DNA from: Nitrospirales bacterium | GTDB taxonomy: Bacteria > Nitrospirota > Nitrospiria > Nitrospirales > Nitrospiraceae | Reading direction: 5' to 3' | Length of the DNA: 64,000 nt | NCBI GenBank assembly: GCA_038200765.1 | Contig: JBBRRK010000001.1 | Span: forward strand, 8,975-72,974 | Part shown: positions 49,576 through 57,073 of the stretch, piece after piece | How positions within the stretch are numbered: the stretch's first letter is position 1 | Layout of the letters: every line of letters begins with the position of its first letter | Program-made: the position numbers and the translations under genes | The notes under the pieces: generated by a model | Seen by the model: only the letters and a program-made list of their open reading frames with translations | Told to the model about the DNA's origin: nothing | The model's database searches: none

Positions 49576-50003
49576 CGGATCCAACGTGCAAGGCCTGCCA
49601 AGGCAGCTGGCCAAAAGAAGACCATTTTATTGCAGATCTGGGCCTCTCTAAGGCCTATCTGCACGACGATCAATTTTTCCCAGGTTGGACCGTCGTCGTC
49701 TTCAAACGCCACGCGACAGAGCTGTTTCATCTCGCTCCCACGGAACGTATTCAGCTGATGGAGGAAGTGAACCTCGTCGCTAAGACCCTGGCCCAGATCT
49801 ATGAGGCCAGGAAGATCAACTATGAACTCCTTGGCAACCAACTCCCCCACATCCACTGGCATGTGATTCCCAGACTGGCCAACGACCCAGCTCCCCTTGA
49901 GCCAGTGTGGCGAGTGCAACATGAGCCCATGCTCCGTTCAGGGCCTGATTCCCAGCGCACAATCCAGCGCCTGCAGCAGGCCATTAACCCGAATTATTCT
50001 TGA
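49572..50003 (+). CDS. HIT-family protein
   Basis: Histidine triad HIHWHVIPR. ATGA overlap with the upstream gene. The last 6 codons lie inside repeat F2-3. Confidence 0.8.
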   Translation: MTDPTCKACQGSWPKEDHFIADLGLSKAYLHDDQFFPGWTVVVFKRHATELFHLAPTERIQLMEEVNLVAKTLAQIYEARKINYELLGNQLPHIHWHVIPRLANDPAPLEPVWRVQHEPMLRSGPDSQRTIQRLQQAINPNYS

Positions 50004-50401
50004 CGATTCGTCGCGAAATCGCGCAGTCGCCAAGTGAGACAGGCGCGCGGAGCCGTGAGGGATGGAAGCATACTTGCAACAGAATGTTGACCGACCGAGT
50101 GGCGAGCCCGCCTGCCTAGCAGGATACTGAAAAAGTCCGCCAGCGGCGTTCTCGCATCGCTCAGAGACTCAACGTACCGAAGCGTACGCCTCGCCTCTTC
50201 GCTCGCTACGGCCTTGCTGGACAGCCTTTTTGAGCATCCTGAGACTATTGTGACATTGGCGCCATAGGGAAGATTCAATCAGCGTCTTGTGTATACACCG
50301 AGCTTTTCCGCAGCCTGTCTAGACGCCGTGCCACCGCGTCTAGGCTTGTCGCAGCGGCGAATCCGCGATTGCAGCAGAAGCGATCATGAATAATACGGGT
50401 T
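49986..50401. repeat. F2 repeat copy 3 (inverted), interrupted by an F1 element
   Basis: The reverse complement of 49986-50115 aligns with the 3' two-thirds of F2 copy 1. The reverse complement of about 50341-50401 aligns with its 5' 60 nt. Confidence 0.75.
50116..50322. repeat. F1 repeat, long form (E), nested in F2 copy 3
   Basis: ctagcaggatactgaaaaag...ctttttgagcatcctg, then a tail ending ccgcagcctgtctag. The core differs from the 53.3 kb copy at 4 positions. Confidence 0.85.
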
Positions 50402-50525
50402 GAGAACGCCTGCTGAATCACGATTCGCGGCTCGCTTCAACGAATTCCACACGACCCACCGTCGCCGATTCGGTGCTATACTGCTGTCCATCCTTGCAAC
50501 AGATCCGGAGGATCACAGGTTTCCA

Positions 50526-51785
50526 ATGCGTCCTCGATTGGTGTTCGTGACCCTCTTGTTCGCGTCATGCATTATTGAATTTCCCGTTCCTCCGTCGTTC
50601 GCGCAAGCGCCAGAGAACACTCTGCCTCCGATAATCGAGTCCCCATCGCCCTCTTCCGAAACCTCGCCTACTCCAGCGTATACGGATGAGCATCAGCTCC
50701 CCGAACTCTTACAGCATGAACGAACGGACGCCGTGACGGAACTGGGAGAATTGCGCACCGCAGTCCGTCTGTCGCCGGACAGCGCCGCCGACCGGCTGAA
50801 GTTGGCGCAAGGGCTCTACCGCATCGGTGATCTCGATGCCGCGCTCGATGAATGCCGCGTGGCGATCACGCTTGAGTCGGACAACGCCAGGGCCCACCTG
50901 CAACTCGGCATCACGTTGATGGCCAAGCAAGATGCACGTGCCGCGGCCCTAGCCTTGACGGACGCTATTCTGCTCGATCCTGAACTCACACATGCGCATT
51001 ACAGCCTCGGGAGCGTCCACTACTCGCTGGGCCATCTCACAGCCGCGATCCAATCCTATCGCCGAGCCTTAGATCTACAATCGAACTTTCTCGACGCCCG
51101 CTATCGTCTTGCGCTGGTCTTGAAGCTGAAGAATCGACATCAGGAAGCGGTGCAATTGATGGAGCACGCGGCGATCGGCGGGGTCCCGCAGGCGCAGTAT
51201 TTTATGGGGAACGCCTATCGCAACGGACAGGGCGTCGACAAGAATCTCGCCCTCGCGATCCGTTGGTGGACCAAGGCCGTGGAGTTCGGCCAGCCGCGCG
51301 CAGCGGAATCCCTTTCACTGCTTCGTCGCCAAGCGCTCTCGCCTGACCAGTCTGAGCGTCGTCGAAAAGACGCGTCCGAGGCCTTCAGACAATATCGCGA
51401 CGAACTCTGGACTGCCTACCCGGATACCGAGAGAATCGACCAGACCGAATCATTGGGTATTGCCTTGCTCAAAGACGGCCAAGCCTCCAACGGAGTCAGA
51501 GTTCTGTTTGCCGAAGCCTTTGCACTCGCTGAGACTGCGCACGACGAACTGGCACGCTTGTATGAAACCGGCCTCGATACCCGCCTCGCTCAATTCGATT
51601 CGCGTATCCTGGCCTGTTTTGGAACCACCGCTGCCGATGGTTTCATCCCGGCAAAGAAAGCGCTGGCGCGCATCTATGGCAAAGGCCTCGGGGTCACGCC
51701 GGATGTGAAGAAAGCCAAAGCGATGCTGAAGGGGCTGTCCAAGCAGGAAACAAAAGCCATCCTGGGCGAGATTGCAGGACGCTAG
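50526..51785 (+). CDS. secreted TPR / Sel1-repeat protein
   Basis: Signal peptide from ATG 50526. TPR repeats followed by Sel1-like AQYFMGNAYRNGQGVDKNLALAIRWW. Confidence 0.75.
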   Translation: MRPRLVFVTLLFASCIIEFPVPPSFAQAPENTLPPIIESPSPSSETSPTPAYTDEHQLPELLQHERTDAVTELGELRTAVRLSPDSAADRLKLAQGLYRIGDLDAALDECRVAITLESDNARAHLQLGITLMAKQDARAAALALTDAILLDPELTHAHYSLGSVHYSLGHLTAAIQSYRRALDLQSNFLDARYRLALVLKLKNRHQEAVQLMEHAAIGGVPQAQYFMGNAYRNGQGVDKNLALAIRWWTKAVEFGQPRAAESLSLLRRQALSPDQSERRRKDASEAFRQYRDELWTAYPDTERIDQTESLGIALLKDGQASNGVRVLFAEAFALAETAHDELARLYETGLDTRLAQFDSRILACFGTTAADGFIPAKKALARIYGKGLGVTPDVKKAKAMLKGLSKQETKAILGEIAGR

Positions 51786-51793
51786 CAAAGGCC

Positions 51794-51864
51794 GTGAACG
51801 GTGAAACGGAGGACTGCTCGCCTCTTCCTCTGAAACGTTTCACGTCTCACATGTAACGTTTCAC
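51794..51864. repeat. F5 heptad element (site 4)
   Basis: GTGAACG-GTGAAAC...GAAAC-GTTTCAC-GTCTCAC-ATGTAAC-GTTTCAC. Confidence 0.7.
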
Positions 51865-51909
51865 AGATCCATGCCAGAATAGCATCTCAATCGTTTGCAG
51901 GAAATAATC

Positions 51910-53340
51910 ATGCTCGATACCTCACGCCTGTGGCGACAATTTCTCAGCTCCTCCTGGCTCCAAGCCGGGGCGATGGGGCTACTTGCGACCCTCCTGGCGT
52001 TCGGCCTGTGGGCTGCAGCCTCAACGACATTCACAGCGCTCGACTGGGCCGCGTACGATTTCTGGTTGACCGATCGCGCATCCATCTCAGTCAGCCCGTC
52101 TCTTCTCATCGTCACACGGGATCCAGCCAGCGAAGAAGAGTTTGGTAGCGGGCCATGGGACCGGGCCATCTTCGCACGTCTACTAACCAGCGCGCATGAA
52201 TCCGGCGCTCTCGCCATCGGCCTGGATCATCGCTTCGACCACGCCAGCCCGGCGCAGCTCGGCGGAGCAGCGAGCGATGCCCTGCTGCTTGAAGCCATGA
52301 GCACCGCCGGGCCTATCGTCGTGGTACAGAGCCCTGATGCGACGTTTGCCTCGGACACAACCATCGTGGGCCATCTGCTGGTCACAACCCATTCCGATCA
52401 CGTCGCACGAACGGTGCCTGTGATGGTACCCGGCGACAGACAATCCGCCCCAGCCTTCGGGATTGCATTGTACGAGGCCTATCAACAACAGACCTTATCG
52501 ACGAAACCGTCTCTTTCCGAAGGAGTCACGGCCTCGTTCTTAGTCAACTATGTCGGCAATGGAACGGTCGACGCATTCCCAACCGTTCCTCTATCATCCG
52601 TCTGGAACGCCATTGTGCATCATGAGAGCGATCGGCTCACCAAGTGGTTCAAGGGTAAAATAGTCGTGTTTCTTCCAAGTCCGATCGAGGGAGGACGCTC
52701 GCTCTTGCCCACGGGACAGACGGTTACTAGCTCCGTAGTCCATCTCCACGTCTTGAACATGCTACTGACCGGCAACCGGTTCTCCCAACTCGACGCAGCC
52801 AGCCGCTCGTTCATCACACTGCTTGTAGCTGGAGTGGTCGCCTGGCTCTTGCTTCGATTCCGAGGCACGACCAGCCTGCTCCTTGCCGGGAAGGCCATTG
52901 CCACATATGGCATAGTCACTTTCCTCGCGCTCGTGGTGGCCAACTTGGTACTTCCCCTCTCCATGCCCCTGACGGCCGCCCTGTTGGTGCTCGTCGGCAC
53001 AACCATTTGGAGCCACCTGACCGCGCATCAGCGGCTGATACTCTTAGAGCAGGATATGCTCCGCCTGCAGCAGGAAGCCGTCGCCGTGCGTGAAGCCCTG
53101 GTTCTGCGCGAGACCCGAGCAGAGACCTTGCAAGAAGATCTTGCCGTCGCGCGGGCTGCCATCTCGCAATCGATAGATCAACAGGACGCACTTACCAAAT
53201 CCGCAGATGTCCTTCGCTCCCAACTCACCGACGCCCAGGCACAGGAAGATGAAGCGCGCAAGAAACTGGAAGGACTCGAACAGCAATTGCATGGTCTGCG
53301 TGCGGCCACACATGATCCCCTGTCACTAGCAGGATGCTGA
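51910..53340 (+). CDS. CHASE2-domain membrane sensor with C-terminal coiled coil; probably the 5' half of an interrupted gene
   Basis: N-terminal TM helix, CHASE2-like region (DFWLTDR.., GLDHRFD), three TM helices, and a coiled coil of about 100 aa. The stop codon lies inside repeat F1-F. Confidence 0.7.
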   Translation: MLDTSRLWRQFLSSSWLQAGAMGLLATLLAFGLWAAASTTFTALDWAAYDFWLTDRASISVSPSLLIVTRDPASEEEFGSGPWDRAIFARLLTSAHESGALAIGLDHRFDHASPAQLGGAASDALLLEAMSTAGPIVVVQSPDATFASDTTIVGHLLVTTHSDHVARTVPVMVPGDRQSAPAFGIALYEAYQQQTLSTKPSLSEGVTASFLVNYVGNGTVDAFPTVPLSSVWNAIVHHESDRLTKWFKGKIVVFLPSPIEGGRSLLPTGQTVTSSVVHLHVLNMLLTGNRFSQLDAASRSFITLLVAGVVAWLLLRFRGTTSLLLAGKAIATYGIVTFLALVVANLVLPLSMPLTAALLVLVGTTIWSHLTAHQRLILLEQDMLRLQQEAVAVREALVLRETRAETLQEDLAVARAAISQSIDQQDALTKSADVLRSQLTDAQAQEDEARKKLEGLEQQLHGLRAATHDPLSLAGC

Positions 53341-53531
53341 AAAAGTCCGCCAGCGGCGTTCTCGCATCGCTCAGAGGCTCAACGTACCGAAGCGTACGCC
53401 TCGCCTCTTCGCTCGCTGCGGCCTTGCTGGACGGCCTTTTTGAGCATCCTGAGGTTATTCTGCCTTCATCACCGTACGGAAAATTCCAACCATATTTTCG
53501 GCATCAACCGAGTTTTTCCGCAGCCTGCTAG
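53326..53531. repeat. F1 repeat, long form (F), inserted between the CHASE2 and sigma54-activator ORFs
   Basis: CTAGCAGGATGCTGAAAAAG...CTTTTTGAGCATCCTG...CCGCAGCCTGCTAG, with CTAG at both ends. Confidence 0.9.
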
Positions 53532-53536
53532 GCGAT

Positions 53537-54769
53537 GTGGAACTCGATCGCCTCAGGGATGAATGCCGACAGCTCGGCATCATCACCCAAGACTCCGCTC
53601 TCTTGCGCCTCTATTGGGATCTCAAAAAAGGGGCCAAGTCGCCTCTGACAGTCCTGGTGCTCGGCGAACCAGGGACCGGGAAAGAACTCTTCGCCCGAGC
53701 GGTTCACCGGCTCAGTCCGAGGACCAGCAAGACCTTCATCGCCGTCAATATGGCGGCCATTTCTCCGGAACTCTTCGAAAGCGAACTCTTCGGCCATAGC
53801 AAAGGCAGCTTTACCGGGGCCACAGCAGACCGGCGCGGCTATTTCGAGCTGGCGAACCACGGCACGATCTTCTTGGACGAAATCGGCGATCTCCGTTTGG
53901 ACCACCAGAGCAAACTGCTGCGGGTCTTACAGGAGAAGTCTTTCTACCGAGTCGGCGCGACGGTCCCAACGACGGTTGATGTGCGTATCGTGGCCGCAAC
54001 GAATCGCGACCTGCAGCGCGGGGTGTCGGAAGGCTGGTTCCGTGAAGATCTGTATTTCAGGCTGACAGGTCTCGTGTTCCGGCTGCCGCCGCTACGCGAA
54101 CGAACTGGCGACGTGCCGATCCTCGCGGACATTTGTCTCGCCGAGATCGCCGACCAGATGGGCAAGCCGGTCCCGAAGCTTTCACACGAGGCGCTCCGCG
54201 CCCTGGTGGAGCACGAGTGGAAGGGCAACGTGAGGGAGTTCCGGCATTGCCTGGAGCAGGCTATCGCACTCAACGACGGCCCTTTGCTCACCAAAGAATC
54301 ATTACGCCTCGGCAGCGCATTCGCATCGCCTGCTGGTCGAGCCAAACCATCACAGATTCTTCCTGACCCAGTCAGCGATGCCGCTGTGCTGAATTGCCTC
54401 CGTCAGCAAAGCTTCGACATGCAGGCAACGGCGAACACGTTAGGCTGGGATCGCAGCACCGTGACGCAACGATTGAAGGGCCTGTGCTTCCAAGCACTGG
54501 TCGAAGCCACCGGCGATCAGGCGCGCGCCGCACTGGCCATCGCCGGCGACCCCAGCCAACTGAGAACCGTTGAGCTGAAGCTCATGGACTACCACAGCCA
54601 CCTCATGTCCGTGATCGAACCCTTCGCCACAGCCAACGAAGCGCTCCTCGACTGCAAACGGCGATTCAAAAACCTCCCGGATCGGCATTTCCGCTCGGTG
54701 GAAACGTTGGTCCAACGACACTTTCGTCAGAACAGACCCATTTCACTCGGACTCAGGAAAGGTTTCTGA
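53537..54769 (+). CDS. sigma54-dependent transcriptional activator core (AAA+ plus HTH) without an N-terminal sensory domain; probably the 3' half of an interrupted gene
   Basis: GTG start without a good RBS. Walker A GEPGTGKE, GSFTGA (GAFTGA-loop variant), FLDEIGDL, and the Fis-type HTH MQATANTLGWDRSTVTQRL. Confidence 0.8.
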   Translation: MELDRLRDECRQLGIITQDSALLRLYWDLKKGAKSPLTVLVLGEPGTGKELFARAVHRLSPRTSKTFIAVNMAAISPELFESELFGHSKGSFTGATADRRGYFELANHGTIFLDEIGDLRLDHQSKLLRVLQEKSFYRVGATVPTTVDVRIVAATNRDLQRGVSEGWFREDLYFRLTGLVFRLPPLRERTGDVPILADICLAEIADQMGKPVPKLSHEALRALVEHEWKGNVREFRHCLEQAIALNDGPLLTKESLRLGSAFASPAGRAKPSQILPDPVSDAAVLNCLRQQSFDMQATANTLGWDRSTVTQRLKGLCFQALVEATGDQARAALAIAGDPSQLRTVELKLMDYHSHLMSVIEPFATANEALLDCKRRFKNLPDRHFRSVETLVQRHFRQNRPISLGLRKGF

Positions 54770-54989
54770 CACCTTCCCCCTGCCTTGGTTCTTGGTCAGA
54801 GTATCGCGTGCATATTCGCGGTATCGACGCAACGACACCTCCGAAATCACGACTGATATGAGCTCGCCGCGCTCATATTGAGAGAGAATATCTTATTCGT
54901 CTTGATCCAACTTCTTCTTCATTTCTCACCTCTTCCACCATAGTCCCGAGTGGCTTTTCGGCTTTCTTCGATGAACCGCACCGAACAAG

Positions 54990-55471
54990 TCACGCGGCTT
55001 TCCCACGTGCTGCCTTGGTTCGAACGAGAAGATCGATATCGCAATCCAACACATGCAGTAAGGACAAAATTTGATCGATCGACTTGCTGTAGTTCGTTTG
55101 ATCGAGCAAACGATAGAACTGCGTAGCGGAGGTTCCCAGTCGCCGTATGATCTCGCGCTTCAACAAGGTACTCGCCTCGACTCGCTTCTGCGCTTCGATC
55201 GTCAGCTTATAGAGCAGCCATCCCGCAAGTAATGCGGGTCCTGGTTGTATTCCAATACTTGCTCGCTGTGGACCGTTCCTTCCTTGCCCGATTCCAGCAC
55301 ATAGATGAACCCTTCACTCCCCAGCTCTTTACCGACGAAGACCCGGGTGATCGGATCGGCGGCACTGGGTTGAGGATCGACCTTTGAGTAGGGAAGCTAG
55401 AACAGCTTCTTAGACGCCTTCACCTGAAACGCCTCCTTGCGATTGTTGCGGGTGACTGACTGAATCTTCAT
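54990..55471 (-). pseudogene. disrupted gene for an HTH-containing partner of the DUF4160-like protein
   Basis: MKIQSVTRNNRKEAFQVKASKKLF, then TAG (55397-55399), then LPYSKVDP..VLEYNQDPHYL. A frameshift follows, then LLYKLTIEAQ..REIIRRLGTSATQFYRLLDQTNYSKSIDQ. ATGA overlap with the upstream ORF. Confidence 0.55.
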
Positions 55472-55668
55472 AGCGCCCCCCCTGATTCCAGTTGATCAAG
55501 CAACAAGCGAACTCGTCGCGTAGCCTTCTCCATCATCGGCTTCCTGCTATCCAAGGCCCATTTCCCGATGAGCACCCCATCACGATATACGTGCACATGC
55601 TGGGGAGAATGATCGCCTTTCCACGTGACGACGATATAACCACTCCAGCGAACCTTACCCATGAACAA
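55468..55668 (-). CDS. small DUF4160-like protein
   Basis: 66 aa. GDHSPQHVHVYRDG motif, recalled as DUF4160-like. Confidence 0.5.
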   Translation of the reverse strand: MFMGKVRWSGYIVVTWKGDHSPQHVHVYRDGVLIGKWALDSRKPMMEKATRRVRLLLDQLESGGAL

Positions 55669-55729
55669 GTGCTACCTCTAGAGGTATCACTTGTCAACCG
55701 CGATGACTGTTGCCACCACTCAGTTCACG

Positions 55730-56167
55730 TTAGCAGGAAGTTGGATCGGGAGAAGCAGGGTCGAATCCTTCATCGCGAACATCCAAGATGAGTTCATAGG
55801 GAGCCATGGGCGAGAAATTCGCGCGCAACGCAATGCACTTCCCGACCACGTTGTCCTGCGCGCTTCGCTCAATCAGTGTCGCAAGACGGAGAAGATCCAC
55901 CAATGGGCCGCCGATCCACTGCTCAGTGATTTCCGTTTGATGCGAGGTGCCCACTTCCAGATTCATAGCCGGCCCCAGCTGAGTATATTCCGACAGCCGA
56001 TCATTCGCTGGGTTAGACGCGTATTTGCGTATCTCGGCTGCGAATTTCCGCAAACCCGTCACCGACCCGATAATGCGCCACTCCTTCGCGCCATCATTTT
56101 TACCGCAAAAAAATCCCAACTTGCGCCAAGCCAGGCGCGTCGCTTCATTCGCTGCTTCATTTGGCAT
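55730..56167 (-). CDS. hypothetical protein (possibly immunity-protein-like)
   Basis: 145 aa, 9 nt downstream of the GNAT gene. Faint resemblance to Imm32-type proteins (WRIIGSVTGLRKFAAEI). Weak evidence. Confidence 0.45.
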   Translation of the reverse strand: MPNEAANEATRLAWRKLGFFCGKNDGAKEWRIIGSVTGLRKFAAEIRKYASNPANDRLSEYTQLGPAMNLEVGTSHQTEITEQWIGGPLVDLLRLATLIERSAQDNVVGKCIALRANFSPMAPYELILDVRDEGFDPASPDPTSC

Positions 56168-56176
56168 ACAGGGCGC

Positions 56177-56728
56177 CTACCTTTCAATCAACGATCGGAA
56201 CATCATCATCGCATCCTGATACGACCCATCATTCTTCCGTACTGCGCCTGGGATCGCACCAAGTTCTTTGAAGCCAAGCTTGTCCCAGAGATGGCGCGCG
56301 ACCACATTGTCAGAAAACACCAGATTAAAGATCACACTACGGTAGCCGAGTTGCTTGGCGTGGACCAGCATCGTCTCGCCCAACAGCCGGCCCAGACCTT
56401 TGTTACGCCAATCCGGCGCCACGATGAACCCGGCATTCGCCACATGGCCCGCCCGTCCAGGCCAGTTTGCCTTGAGGTAAAACGCCCCAGCCATGCCCGC
56501 CGCGCGATCACGGTCCGGCTTATAGGCCGCCACCGTACTCTTGCCGCGAAACCAATAGTCCAGGAAGTCATCCTGCTCCGGGAACTGATCATGCGGGTAG
56601 GAGTTCCCCTCCTCAACAATGACTCGGTAGAGCCGCCGCAGCGCCTCCACACCCCGCTCATCCGCCAGCACTAACTGAACCGGCGAACCGTCCTTGAGTG
56701 TCGCGTCGACAGGAAAAGAGAGACTCAT
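56177..56728 (-). CDS. GNAT-family N-acetyltransferase
   Basis: WRNKGLGRLLGETML and VIFNLVFSDNVVARHLWDKLGF. ATG 56728 preferred. Confidence 0.75.
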   Translation of the reverse strand: MSLSFPVDATLKDGSPVQLVLADERGVEALRRLYRVIVEEGNSYPHDQFPEQDDFLDYWFRGKSTVAAYKPDRDRAAGMAGAFYLKANWPGRAGHVANAGFIVAPDWRNKGLGRLLGETMLVHAKQLGYRSVIFNLVFSDNVVARHLWDKLGFKELGAIPGAVRKNDGSYQDAMMMFRSLIER

Positions 56729-56911
56729 TGACTCAACTCTCGCTCGCGTACGTCCATAGTCATACCTGAACCTGGCTTTTGGAGGGGTGATGAGCTGAAC
56801 TTCCTGCGCTGGTACAGCTCTAAGTCCATAGGATTTAAAGGAAAAGCGATCTCTTGTCATTTACTGGAGAAAACGAAGGCATTTGATACAATTTTTCAGG
56901 GGGAACACTCT

Positions 56912-57073
56912 ATGCTCTACGAATTACTCATATTATGGATTGTTGGCAGCATCACCGCGGTTGTGTTCAGCATGGTGTTCGGTGGCTTATTGTGTGTGTG
57001 GTGTGCCTTTATAGGTCGCAGACGCGCCGCCCAATTGGCCGCTACCTGCGCGCATCAACTCAGTCACTCGTGA
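56912..57073 (+). CDS. small hydrophobic protein (53 aa)
   Basis: MLYELLILWIVGSITAVVFSMVFGGLLCVWCAFIGRRR... GGGGGA 8 nt upstream. Below the ORF-track size cutoff. Confidence 0.3.
   Translation: MLYELLILWIVGSITAVVFSMVFGGLLCVWCAFIGRRRAAQLAATCAHQLSHS

Noticed and set aside
53334-53531. Recurrent small protein MLKKSASGVLASLRGSTYRSVRLASSLAA.., also seen in ORFs 27765-28148, 12612-12794 and 49994-50278
   Set aside because: It is encoded entirely by the F1 repeat core, in whichever orientation the repeat lies. Its conservation is explained by the DNA repeat, and it has no RBS. I treat it as an annotation artefact.
10076-53531. Possible CRISPR array, given the many repeats
   Set aside because: The repeats are 95-205 bp, dispersed over tens of kb in both orientations, and not separated by uniform short spacers. 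No cas genes are present.
54770-55010. Sigma54 promoter (TGGCAC-N5-TTGC) near the activator gene, and a 12-nt direct repeat CTGCCTTGGTTC (54780 and 55010) as possible att sites
   Set aside because: I found no acceptable -24/-12 element on either strand near the activator when scanning by eye. The 12-mer pair brackets only about 220 bp with no cargo and could be chance.
55691-56674. 327-aa plus-strand ORF, the longest ORF in this stretch
   Set aside because: It runs antisense to the GNAT (56177-56728) and 145-aa (55730-56167) genes, which have real motifs. Its product is Arg/His/Pro-rich with no motif. This is a typical shadow ORF of GC-rich DNA.
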